From positions 3,038,001 to 3,102,000 of the forward strand of contig CATNEN010000038.1 of NCBI GenBank assembly GCA_950097015.1: 64,000 nt of DNA, in the 5' to 3' direction. The notes under the pieces were generated by a model. The model was not told the origin of the DNA. It made no database searches and was given only the letters and a program-made list of their open reading frames with translations. The translations under genes and the position numbers were made by a program. Origin of the DNA: Macrostomum hystrix (taxonomy: Eukaryota > Animalia > Platyhelminthes). How positions within the stretch are numbered: position 1 is the first letter of the stretch; every line of letters starts with the position of its first letter. Shown one piece after another: positions 1-11,947 of this stretch.

Positions 1-3000
1 AAAGGCATATGTATTATTAAATTATTGCGCTCGTAGTAGTAGAATCAGAAACATGTATATACATAAATGTGTAAATATGAACATGAAAATGAAATTATGG
101 AATGAAATTTGCACAGGTATTTCATGCAGAGATAAAAAGTCCCATTGCAGCTATCATTCATTCATAATAAAAATGGCAGCATGCAACACAGCAAGTGAAA
201 CATCATGCAAGCCTGACAAGCTGCATGATGATGTGTCTGTCAGGAGTACTGATGTGTGAGTAGTTCTCCAATCCATTGCAATTCCATGTGTGGAAATCCC
301 ATCAAAGAAATTCCCATCCTGTCTCTCTCTCTCTCTTTATTTGGTGATATTAGTGATGTACTAATTTAGTATTGTTACTTTCATATCACAGGACGAGCAG
401 TGACATCCGTGCTCCAATTCGTAGTCGCGGCCGGCCGTCAAAGCAGCGGAAGTTGGCTGCACGTGGGCCTGCTGGTGCCGCTGCATTGGGCGATTCTTCC
501 TCGAAGCAAGTGCCTCCGGTGTCAAGTGAAGTAGGAGCTGCTTCGAAAAGGAGCACTGAGGAATCGCCCAATCCGCTTCAACAGACGGACAGCTGGCGTC
601 CAGTTACATCCAGGCTGGGCATACCGAGGAAGAGCAAGCCCGTGTCGGCCACCGCGGCAGAGAAGCCAAGACAGGTTGTCGTCCACTCTGGAGTTGCCGT
701 GGCAAATCGGTGGGACTGCCTGTCTGAGGTGAACGAGGCGGAGGTCGTACCAGAGGCCATGGACAGCAGTGTCATCAGCGACTGTGGATCGTCATTGTCC
801 CTGGACTGTGCGTCGGTTGCGGATGGTGGGCTCCGAAGATCCAGTCGGATCAGGCGCATTACGCGATGCGCATGTTGCAACGAGGAATTGTCGCACAGTT
901 CTTCAAGCTCGAGAGCGTCTTCTAGAGCTAGCGCACGTTCGAATGTGTCCACAGCTGTAGGCAATCCGGAAGGAAGGATCCCAGCTGACATCCGTGGGGC
1001 GTCTGGCAAAGCCGCTGGTGCCGCATCGAAGCCGCGCAAGGAATGTGCGCGCCGAAAACGTCAGCAGGCAGTTGAGTCGCGATCAAGCATCGAATTACCG
1101 GTCTCGGAACCAGCGGTAGCAGCCTTTGCGGTCGACTTGGGCTTGGATGATGGAGTGGGTTGCCAGCAAGACAACGTGTCGCAACCGGCTATTGATGTGC
1201 TTGCGTCAAATGGTACGTATTTAGTTATTACTTGTATTTGAGCATATTTGATAGAGAATGGGCATTTCGTGATTGATGACAGAGAATATTATACAGTAAG
1301 TATGTTTCTATGGAATGGAAAAGGTTTATGGTCTGAACGCATATTATATTTTTCTCCTCAACTGCTGCATTAGCTGTCAATCTTAGCTAACAGGCTGAAA
1401 GTTTAATATTAGCCAAAATAATTCCTTATTCGAAAGTGGACGAATTTTTATTACATTGTTGTGCTGAACAAACGTTTTACATTTAAGTTCAAATCTGTCG
1501 CCTACATTGCGCCGATAACATATGTACCTATTTATCAGGCGTACAAGTGGCTGCAGCTGCTGAACTGGTGCCGAATTTGAACGGAGATTCAGAGCCAACG
1601 TGGATCCCATGGGAAGATTGCCGCGTTATCCGAATTGATGGAGACGGCAATTGTTTCTTCCATGCAGTGTGTCAACAGCTGCTAGGTACGCCGTTGGAGA
1701 CGAACTTCGTAAACCTGCGAGAACGAGTAGCTACCGAGGCATATGCTATGCTGAGTGAATGGCACAAGGATGGTCGCATTTTTGGGGACATTGACAATAT
1801 TCTTTTGAACTGCTTTACGGAAGGACAAGACGTTCCTGACGAAATTCCTCCTGTTGTCGGTTACATATTGGGAGTGGAAATTTATATCTATGGCCCAAAT
1901 GGTGTTCGGCTGCAGTATTGCCCGTGCAAAGGCAAACCTGCTGCTACCGTGCGTCTGCAGCTGGTGAACGAGCACTACAGTGCTCTGACGGTGGTAGCTG
2001 AAGACCGACACTTGATGCCGCCGCCTGCGGCGCCAGTTGTTCACGAATGCTTGCCCGTCGCGAGCAGCAAGGTTCGAGGCCGGGGAAGGCCAAGAAAGCT
2101 GGACTCTCGCCCTGTGAAAAAGCAAGAAGTGACGTCAAATGCGTCAGTTGGGTCACCAAAAAAGCGTACAGCAAGCAGTGCTGGCTCGCCCGATAGTAAC
2201 ACGGCGGCACACCGATCCCCCCTGAAGAAGCCTCTGATGACTGATGGCGAGGCTGCTGAGTTGACTGCCGAGGATTCGAGGCCAATTCTAGCAGCTTGTA
2301 ATGTTGACTTGGACTTATCAGACGCAGAGAGCGGCAGCTGTGTACATTCTGAGACTGCGACCTCTGGCGCTGCAGAGCCGTCGTCACCTAGGAAGCGAAG
2401 GCAGCGAGACCCGACAACGGTGTCAGAGAGCGGCGGAGAGAGCGACAGTCAGTCTGCTACTGGGTCTGTTGGCGGTGTTCGACGTTCTCCAAGGAAAGTT
2501 CGAGGCGTCGTTTATGGCGGTGTGGATTCACCGGCTGCAAAGTCTGCTATTTCTGCTAGAAACAGTGGCGCTGCTTCAGCTGATGATTCAGCTCAGCAGG
2601 GTGGAGCACGGACAGCTGAGGGCACAACGAAGCCGAAATCATCTGCCCGGCGGAAGATTCTGTTTCCGAGCGCCGATCAGGCGACAGATGCGACTGAACG
2701 GACAAGCCAGGAGAATCAGCGGCAAGAGGCTGCTGTACCTGACTGTATCGAGGAGTTGGTTGTCAACGAAGGCGATCTGTCACTGCCTGCAGTACTGCGC
2801 AATAGTTTCACGGAACAATTCCTTAATATTCGGAAGGAATGCTACCAAGAGACGATCGCTGCTGTGACGAATCTGCGAAAGTGCCGGGTCTGCAAGGAAC
2901 AGTTTCCCGGTGTGTTTTACCGAAATGCTGATGACAAGGTCTGTCAGCGGTGTATTAAGGATCAACACGTGCCGAAGCTATTCAGCGATGAGAATAATGC

Positions 3001-6000
3001 GAACCCGTGTGAGCAGCCGGAGGAATTGCGAGATTTGACAGTGACAGAACAGATGCTAATCTCTCCTGTGTTGTGTGTCATGATGGTGTATCGATTGTTT
3101 CCACAAGGACAGCTGTGCAGTCGTGGTCATGGCATAATATTTCCACAAGACCAGGCGGACATTGTAAGAGAGTTGCCGCGCAAAACTCTACCCGTCGTCC
3201 TGATGTTCCAGGGCAAGCGAGGGAGCAGTGAGAGGCAATCGCTGGGCGGTCCGCCGTTGAGTAACCTGCGTGTTCGTCGGGATAAGGTGCTGAAAGCCAT
3301 GAATTACCTGCTGAAGCACAATGCGTACTTTCGGGAGTATGCCGTTACGCTGGACCGCGTGGCGCTGAGCGAGTTGCCTGTTGACGGGCCGATGAAAGAT
3401 TTGTGCGAGATGCACGAATCCGAGTTGCCCGAGGGAGTGACAATGGAGGCGGCCGAAAAGGCTGCGCTAGAACGCGCAAACAAACAGGATATCGAGGACG
3501 CTATTGCACAGGAAACGCTTAGTGGCCTGATGGAGACGCCGTTTCGTCTGCTGGATGAAGCATTTCGAAGGAAACTGCTTGAACAGAAATTGCCATGGCC
3601 CACAGTGGGCCGTAAGCCGGTGAACGAGTTTCAACAGGAGAGCCTGTTTACCTTGGCCTTTCCGCATCTGTTTCCCGACGGTAGTGGCGAGTACAAAATG
3701 CCCCGGGAGCATACGATACAGATTGGCGACTACGCAAGACATCTGATGCAGTACAGTTGTCCGAGATTTCGGTTGGATCCACGTTTTCGATTTTTCATTG
3801 AGAATTTGGTGATGCGCTGGCGAGCATTGGCACTGGGCCGGTTATTCGTGAAGCACAGTGGCATTGGCAAGCTGAACGCAGCAGAGATGCGCGAAAAGCT
3901 CAAGGATCCGGCCGTCATGGCAAGTGTGATTGCCAGAGGAATGCATTTGCGAGGCACGCAAATCTACTGGGAGAGCAAGCGGCGGCAGCTCGAGGGCCTG
4001 ATAATGCTACTGGGCTTGCCGCAGTTCTTTCTGACCCTGTCGGCGGCTGATACGCACTGGCCGGAACTGCGTGCCGCCTGGCAGATGATGGATGCCGGCG
4101 AAGAAGCCGACCTGCTGAAGAGGCTGCAGAGTGATCCGGCGATGGGCGATACACTATTTTGGACCCGGTTCGAAGTATTTTTGCGTCGCTTTCTGGTTGA
4201 ACACTGGGGCGTGAAAGATTTCTGGTTCCGTATTGAATATCAGAGCCGCGGTAGTCCCCACGTGCACGGTTTCGTCTGGATGCCGGATGGCCTGGATGTG
4301 ACTGATGCGAATGTGACGGTGGACAATATACGCGCCTACGTGGACAGGTATGTCTGCAGCTGGAATACTGCGCTGGACGGCTCCGAGACTGGAGGCCTAA
4401 TCGCCAATGGGGATGGCATTTCGGTGCATCCCTCGAAGCTGGCACCCGAGGAGATTACGAACAACCGGGTGGATCTACAGGCGCTGGGTCACCTTATTGA
4501 ACGGCACAGCAAGTGCGGCGATCGATGCCTTCGTACCCTGAAGGGGGGCAAGCAGGAGTGTCGGTACAAATATCCGAAGGAGTTGCGGGACCGCACGGAA
4601 GTAAAACGGTTGTCCCGGTTGCACCTCAGTGTGGAGACGCAGAGGAACGACGACCGAATGTGCTCCTACAATCCGCAGATACTCTGCCTGTGGCGTGCCA
4701 ACATTGATATGCAGCTGATTTCCTCGGCAAAGAATATAATCCGCTACCTGGTGAAATACGCTAGCAAGGGAGAGGTGCGCTCCGGTCATCTGCAGACACT
4801 GTTTGACCGGCTGGCAGCGGAAGAGGCCAAGCGGGGCACAGTCGCTGCCGACGAGAGGCAGAGGATGGACACGGCCAAGCGGGTAGTGCAGCAGCATTTG
4901 ATGGCAACAATTGCTGCCCGGGACTATTCCGCCCAGGAGGTGTGCCGTTTGCTGCTTCAACAGCCAATGTACAAGTGCAGCCGGACATTTGCGTACGTCC
5001 GGACGGATGACATGCGGATGATTGAGCGACAAGGCTCCTGCCGCAATAGCCTGGACAAGTACACACAGCGGCCTAAACAGCTGGAGACGGTCAGCATGCA
5101 CGCGTTCTTTAGCAACTGGGAGGCTGCTGGGATAAACGGCCGCGGCTGGAGGCCGAGAGAACGGAAGGCTATAGTGGTGGTCAGTCCAGGTCTGCGGCCA
5201 AACAATACGTTAGAGGAGCGACGCGAGGAATACTTTAAGCAGCAGGTGCTGTTGTATTCGTCTTGGCGTACCGTGGAGGCTGCCAAGGGCACGCACGCTA
5301 CGTGGCGCGAGGCATTTGACGCGCTGCCGGCCGACAGTTGCCCCCTGCGATTTCGCCATCTTGGCGAGTTGCAGCGGGACGAGGCCGATGACCCTGTAGT
5401 GGCTGTGCAGGTGAACGAATTGCCGGATATGACAGCGGCGCAAGCGGAATCGGTGGTTGGCGCGAGCCGGCCCGACAATATGCAGGAGGATTGGATGGCC
5501 ATGTTGGGGGCGCGGCAGACGGCAGCGGAACAGTTTAAACGGCCGGAGGATCAACTGCCGCCTGTGCCGGCAAACTTTGACTGGAGCGCTTCTGCTAGCA
5601 AGTTTCCGGGCATTGTGGATGCAAAGGCTCTGCATGAGTACTTTCGTGCCTGCAAGGGTCCGGCGGTGCAGCGGCAGCAGCAGGAGGCCCCGGTGGACAC
5701 GAGTGGCCTGAATGCACGGCAGCGGCAACTGTTTGACATGGTTTCGGAGCATTACTCTGCTGGTGGCAACTGCGCCGCTGGTGGAGTGGCTTCGCGTGAA
5801 CCGCTGTTGGTGATTTTGTACGGCAGCGCTGGAACGGGCAAAAGTTTTGTCATTCATCTGATTCGGCAGCTTCTTGGTGAGGCCTGCAAAGTGATGGCGC
5901 CTACGGGTGTGGCTGCTCACAACATTTCTGGCCAGACTTTGCATTCGGCGCTGCGACTCGGTACCAAGAGGACGTTTGCGGAGCTGCCAGAAGGCTCTGT

Positions 6001-9000
6001 TGTGCTGGGCAAGTTGCAATCGGAATGGCAAGCTGTGCGATATGCTATTGTGGACGAATTCAGCATGGTCGGCCAGAGAACCCTTGCCATGGTGGATGCG
6101 CGGCTGCGACAGGCTTTTCCCGGCCGACGCGAAGAGTACTTCGGTGGCCTGTCTGTCATCCTGGTTGGCGATTTGTTTCAACTGCCGCCCGTGATGGACA
6201 CTGCGATGTACGTGAATAGCGAAAACACACCGAAGTGCAAGGACGCTTCCAGTTCCGTCGGTGTGAAACGGAACCTGCTGACGCGTGGCTGGCTGGCGTA
6301 CCGGTCCTTTAAGAGGGTCGTTCACCTCAACGAGCTAGTGAGTAGTGGGCTGAATTACTATTTGCAGTTGATGTTTTTATTGTTTCAGTATTTACTTTGT
6401 TTACAGTGAACTATGCGATAAATGCGTAATGTACTGTATTTATCGATACATTTTGTATCAAATTTTTCTCTCTCTCTCCATTTACTCAGGTACGCCAGGC
6501 CGGAGACCAGCGCTATGCGGACGTCCTGCAGGCAATTCGCGAAGGACGGGCGAGAATGGAAGATTTCAGCCTGATTATGAAATGTCGTGTGATGGTGCCT
6601 GAGACACTTGGCGACGGATTCGAGGATTGTACGCATCTGTACTCGACAAATGCCGCGGTTCACGAGGAGAATTGCTACCGCTTGGGCCAGCTTGCCAGCC
6701 ATGAGAATCCAGTCTGCACGGTTAACGCCCTCTGCAAGGGCGCTGGTGCCGTCGGTGAATCGGCCGACTCGGAGTCGGGCCTCGCAATGCGCGTCTACCT
6801 GGCTGTCGGCTGTCGTGTGATGCTGACGCGTAACCTCTCCGTGGCCTGTGGCCTGGTCAACGGGTCAATCGGCATTGTGCAGGGCATCTGTTTCCCACCG
6901 GGGGTGTCTTCGCCGGCTGTTCCCGAGTGTGTCTGGGTTGAGTTCGAAGACTACACCGGACCGGGCTATTGTCGGCCACCTGCCGGTGATGCATATCTAT
7001 CGTACTGTGACGCCGGTGGAGTGGTGCCGATTCTGCCTCTGACGGCGAGCTGGTCTGACGGGGAACTGAGCGTGTCTCGCACGCAGCTGCCGTTGAAGCT
7101 GGCCTGGGCGATCACCGTGCACAAGTCGCAGGGTTTGACACTCCGGAAGGCGTACGTGGACCTTAGTGGGTCTGGTGGGCGGCGAAAGCAGACGCCAGGC
7201 CTCTTTTACACCGGGCTTAGTCGCGTGCGTGGTCTTGCTGACCTCCGGGTGAGTTCATGCGACTATTCGCACTACCAGAAACTGTGCGATTCTCAGTCAG
7301 TGCGATTAAAGCTGTTTGAGCAAGAGCGTTTGCTGAAAATGGCTGTGCCTGATTCCGCAGCTGTTGGCCGGGAAGATACCCAGAAGGGCCGGGCGGACGA
7401 GGCTGTCGTTAGCGAGCCGTAGATTCGCATTTCATGTTTTGTGGACATGTGATTCCCTGGCAGGTGTGCTAGTTGGGTCAGTGTGCCCAGCGTTGCCGTG
7501 GTCGGTCGGCCGCCAGTGCGACGAAAGAACTGCTAGGGACACAGTGTAATATAAAAAATTACCTCTATTTTGTTGTAGCATTGGCACACGATGGGATTAC
7601 TCAGTAATTGGGTGTCTGGCTTAGGCATGGAAATGTTTGACCTATTTTATAGGAGAATGTGGCAAATGTCATTGGAATTTAGTAAGCTATGTTAAGTAGG
7701 CTTAGCTAAGCTAAGTAATGTTAAGCCTGAAAATGTTAGCCCTGCAACCCTAGAAAAGATTGTCTCACCCCATTATTTATTGAAATGCGGCTGTTCCCAA
7801 AGCAGCTGCATCTCCGTATTCAGTGCCAAAAATGTACCAATAAAGGATAGGACTCTTGTCTATAGAATGATGTTTATAGAAGGCTTGTTTCTTGGTATTA
7901 TGCATTATTGCATTTTTTGCAACTTGCCATTGCAATAATTGCGTTGCCCTTTTAGTTTATTTATCTTTGGTAGTGCTATTGCAAAAAACAGAACCATTGG
8001 CTACGGCCATTTTGCCGTATAATAAATGGATAACAATTTATGCAACTTGTTAATATGTTCCGTATTGTTAATTGTTTGTCCGCAGTAAATTGCATTTAAT
8101 TGCTGTTTGTATGCTGTGTATATAGCCTCCACTTTTCAAGTAATCGAATTGCTTTTTAATAATGTAAATTTCGCTGATTGTATTCCAGTTGCATGCAGTA
8201 ATTTGAAATTTCATTCAAGTTTAATAAATGGCTGGCTAATATCTTGCATGCATGCCTTTTAGATTTCCCTTTTTTATTAGATCCCTTCTTTGTGCGGGAT
8301 TCCCCCTGTATAGTTCTCCCTTTTATCTCCCAATGCGTGCCCAAATATTGCCAAATATTGAATTATTGTTTTATGTTTCATTTTTATTTTCAATATTCGT
8401 ATAAAATAATCTAAATCGAATTGCGTGTATATTTTTAATAAATTCCAATTAAATATATTAAAAAATAAAGCGGCAGAGTTCCTCGGAACTGACCCGCGCC
8501 CCAGTACTTCGGGGGATTCGTTTTAACAACAATAATGGCTGGCTTGTTTGCATTTCATATCGTACGTTCCTTTGTTGACATGTCAGTTGCATTCGTTTGC
8601 TTAGATTGCAATTAATACGAGTATGTTGCTGCGCCATTTGCATTTTTTTGCATTTAATTGCTTTGATTGTACTTCAGTGGTTGAATCATTCCGTTGATTG
8701 CACTCTGTTTGTTGAATTGTTGCCTTGATTGCAGTCCAGTTGTTGCATTGTTTCGTCAATTGCAGTGTAGTGGTGTAACTTGAAATTGGCATAGTTTACT
8801 GCAGTTGTGTGTATGATTAGGGGCACAAGGCAGCCATATAGCTTCTAAATGCTTCCAAACGATTTTGACTCTTTTATTGAGCATTTTGTTCCTCTGTTTG
8901 AGCCGTTTTTCCGTCGACTTGCGATTTAAGGGGAAATATGCTTTACTATGCTGTTTATATCATATGCCACCTTTCTTTCTCTATTCACCCATAGTTCCTT

Positions 9001-9264
9001 CACTGGTTTTCGCGAATACATTTGTTAAATTCGAGCCTAAAGGGAAAGGTTCAATTCAGAGAAAGATATTTCTCTTTTCATTGATAAAACGACCGCCTTG
9101 CAGAAAGGCTTGCGTCGAGATTTTTGAATATCTTTTATTAAAACAAGTGCATATTCAATTTGTGCATTTTTTGTGCATCTAAATGCAGGAAAGAATATAG
9201 CAGTGAGTAGAAATCCCTTTATGTTCGCCCCCACGTAAAAGACTGCAGTCTTCTTACTTACTAG
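1..9264 (+). mobile_element. Helentron/Helitron2-type rolling-circle transposon, tandem copy 1 (5' part outside window)
   Basis: Sequence and ORF track repeat at a constant offset of 12,627 (372->12999, 1547->14174, 6556->19183). Encodes Rep + PIF1 helicase. Ends in subTIR GTTCGCCCCCA (9223-9233), palindrome AAGACTGCAGTCTT (9239-9252) and CTAG (9261-9264). Confidence 0.95.
173..7422 (+). CDS. Spliced OTU-Rep-PIF1 helicase (RepHel) transposase, ~2211 aa; join(173..255,392..1212,1539..6337,6490..7422)
   Basis: All three GT-AG introns keep frame (phases 2, 1, 0). OTU motifs IDGDGNCFFHAV...EHY; AT-hook RGRGRPRK; CxxC..CxxC; Rep motifs FFLTLSAAD, WFRIEYQSRGSPHVHG, YLVKYASK; PIF1 motifs GSAGTGKS, DEFSM, GDLFQLPPV, (splice) LNELVRQAGDQ, QLPLKLAWAITVHKSQGLT, YTGLSR. 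The first two exons are less certain than the last two. Confidence 0.9.
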
Positions 9265-9324
9265 TTGGGGGCGAACGTAGTATTGAGCCGCGAGGCGCGA
9301 AGCGCCGAGCACCGAGGCCTCGGT
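9223..9324 (+). other. Head-to-tail junction: 3' subTIR + hairpin + CTAG fused to 5' subTIR + hairpins
   Basis: GTTCGCCCCCA (9223-9233) is the reverse complement of TGGGGGCGAAC (9266-9276). Hairpins at 9239-9252, 9294-9306 (GGCGC-GAA-GCGCC) and 9311-9324 (ACCGAGGCCTCGGT). Confidence 0.9.
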
Positions 9325-9513
9325 AGAGGCCGAGGGGCGAAATCGGAGTGAGCCCCACCTAAGATCCAGCGTACGTAGTGAGATAGAAAACACCTCGAAA
9401 ATCACGCATTTTCAAGGCATATTGGGCGCCATTTGAGACTGCCTCAACCGTTTGCCTCGCGGGTGGTGTCGTTGGGTAGGTAACTTATAGGGTTATCCGA
9501 TTTATGGCGGTTG

Positions 9514-9549
9514 GTTGCCATGGCAACCCGTGAGGGTTGCCATGGCAAC
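9514..9549. promoter_or_regulatory. Two perfect RFX X-box-type palindromes (GTTGCCATGGCAAC) inside the transposon 5' region
   Basis: GTTGCCATGGCAAC at 9514-9527 and 9536-9549. Function is inferred from the motif only. Confidence 0.5.
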
Positions 9550-10994
9550 GTAAAACTGCCATTTTTTTGGAAATCGATTTTACGCAAACTCATTTCCAGC
9601 GCACATTTTTTCTGGCACGGAGAAAAGTTGAGACACAAAAGTTGCGGGCAGGCCTGGCCCAGGCGAGGCAGGAAAGCGATTTTTCAATTTCCTCATAGTC
9701 TATGATAAAAGTGCAAAAAACATACTTTTAGGTACTGCTTTTTTGGGTTACATTTTCCAGCGCAGCTCCCCAAGGGCTGAATCGATTGTCACGCGGGTGG
9801 TGTCTTTTTTTTCTACTCGGTGAGTTCTTTCCAGCGAGGTGTGACTCAATGGACTGCGAGTGTACCGCGCGCCTGATATCTGATGAAGCAAGTGTAAAAT
9901 ATGGCGCAGCCAGATTTTACACTTGCGTGCTGCACGGTACTGCAGCTGAATGGCAGGTAGTTGCACTGCGCAAGTGGTGTCAAAAATTCGGCACGGATGC
10001 CTGCTACACGACGCTATGCAAGGCGACTCTATGCAATGCACGGTTATCAAGCAGTACTGGGAAATGCAGTGCAAAACGTGCATTTTTGCCGTTTTCTCGA
10101 AAATGCATGCCGACCTTGGTGGAGTCAAAAATTTTTTTTTCGAAGACAAACAGTCGGACAGCTTAGCCGCAAGCGATGTAGTATGCACAACATTAGGGCA
10201 CATGACATACTGAGTCGGCGTTGATAAAAGTACATCGCAAGTGTATTAAAAGTACATAATAGTGCACATACACTTTCGTGAAACATTAGTATTTTTCTCC
10301 TTTCGACGCGCGCATTTCGCGAAATCCGGCTCCGAATTTGTCGAATGATGCGTCAATCTACTGGAAATATTGTTTTGCGTCTAACAAGATATTGCGCGCA
10401 CCTTTCGGCCCTACCCGGGCTGAGAAAGTCCACCCAGACTGGTGAAAGGTCGGGTTCGGGACCGGTGCAGACTTTGCTGTGCTCAAACCTACGGCTGGAG
10501 GCGAAAAGGGCGTAATACTCCTTGAGCTTGGTATTTAAAGATGCACATCCCATGTGGGTATATGGGAAAAATACTGCCGTCGATACACGTATTACCTGTT
10601 AGGATTAGTACCTGAAAATGTAATTATGCACAGCGTGTACTTTGTGCATATTTGTGTGTACTTTTGTGTATAAGTCTGCGAATTCCTGATGGCTTTAAGC
10701 GCGGATGGCTTCAATCGACGCGGAATGTTGTCTACATTCCAACGACATCTCACACGGCTAGATTGGTTAACGTGTGTCGTGTCTGGATCCTATTGAGTAC
10801 ATGAAGGTAAGGGGTACAAATTTTGGACACTATCATTTTTGAAGCATCCGTTATTTGCTATTGAAAGATTTTGCAAGTTCCGTTGATGATAAACAGTATC
10901 TGTGGTAGTTAAACTTTTTTTGGTTGCTTGCCGTTTGGCAAACGGTTTTCATTTTGATGATTAAATCCTAAATGATTGCAACTTTTTTAGCTTC

Positions 10995-11144
10995 TTCATT
11001 GATAAACCGACCGCCTCGCAGAAAATGCTTGCGTCGAGATTTTTGAATTGCTTTTATTAAAACAAGTGCATATTCAGTTTCTGCATTTTTTGTGCATCTA
11101 AATGCAGGAAGGAATGTAGCAGTCAGTAGAAATCACCTTATGTT
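10995..11144 (+). repeat. Diverged internal copy of the element's 3' sub-terminal segment (9077-9225 / 21704-21852)
   Basis: ttcattgataaa..gaccgcct..gcttgcgtcgagatttttgaa..aaacaagtgcatattca..gtgcatctaaatgcaggaa..agtagaaatc..ttatgtt is shared. Confidence 0.9.
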
Positions 11145-11757
11145 GTATTTCCTTTTAGCGCGCACGTCTTAGTGTCGTTGAAACTTTTTATTTGAACATT
11201 ATCGCCTTTCAGGACGTGTTTTGACGCTTGTCACATCACACACGCGCAGGCCTTTGATTTGTCTGGGTTTTTTACTTTTGCATGGATAATGTAATTGATG
11301 CGCATTTAAATGTCGGTCTTCATTGTCGTGTTGATAATGTCGATTATACTCTTTTATTGACTCACTTCTTGCAGTATTCGAAAGTATATGCCATATGCAC
11401 AAAAAGTGCATTTATATTCTCTTACAAAGTCTTATTAATAATGTTCAATACGTAGGATGCCTTTTTATTGAATTAACACTATGTTACAGTCATCACAAAT
11501 TTTGTGCAAGTGATGACATCTTAGATATTTAAATTCAGGTCAAAAAGTCTGCTTCAAGCTGTGTAATATTTTCCCTATCTTTTCTATGCATTTATACTTA
11601 ATTGCTTTTAATGTACTTGGCCAGTCATATGAATCATTATTCTCCTTTATAAATTTGCTCTAGCACATAATGGTGCTATTGTAAGATTAGTTTTAATCTA
11701 ATTAAAAAAATGTCTTAGCCAGCCCTCAATAGGCCTAGTCAATTTAATTTTGCATTT

Positions 11758-11947
11758 AAATTGCATTTAATTGCTGCTTATATGCTGTGCATATAGCCTC
11801 CACTTTTCAAGTCATCGAATCGCTTTTTAATTGTGTAAATTTCGCTGATTGTATTCCAGTTGCATGCAGTAATTTGGAATTTCATTCAAGTTTAATAAAT
11901 GGCTGGCTTGTTTGTATTTCATATCGTATGTTCCCTTGTTGACATGT
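11758..11947 (+). repeat. Diverged internal copy of 8087-8237 + 8545-8583 (3' non-coding region of element)
   Basis: aaattgcatttaattgctg...tagcctccacttttcaag...ttcaagtttaataaatggctggct then tgtttg.atttcatatcgta.gttcc.ttgttgacatgt. Confidence 0.9.

Noticed and set aside
1682-6325. Antisense and alternate-frame ORFs overlapping the transposase (e.g. 5210-6325, 371 aa)
   Set aside because: Shadow ORFs of GC-rich coding sequence; no recognisable motifs.
1547-7422. Host PIF1 gene or viral replicase
   Set aside because: Fusion to an HUH Rep plus Helitron-type termini and tandem arrangement identify it as a Helitron-superfamily transposase; no capsid gene seen.
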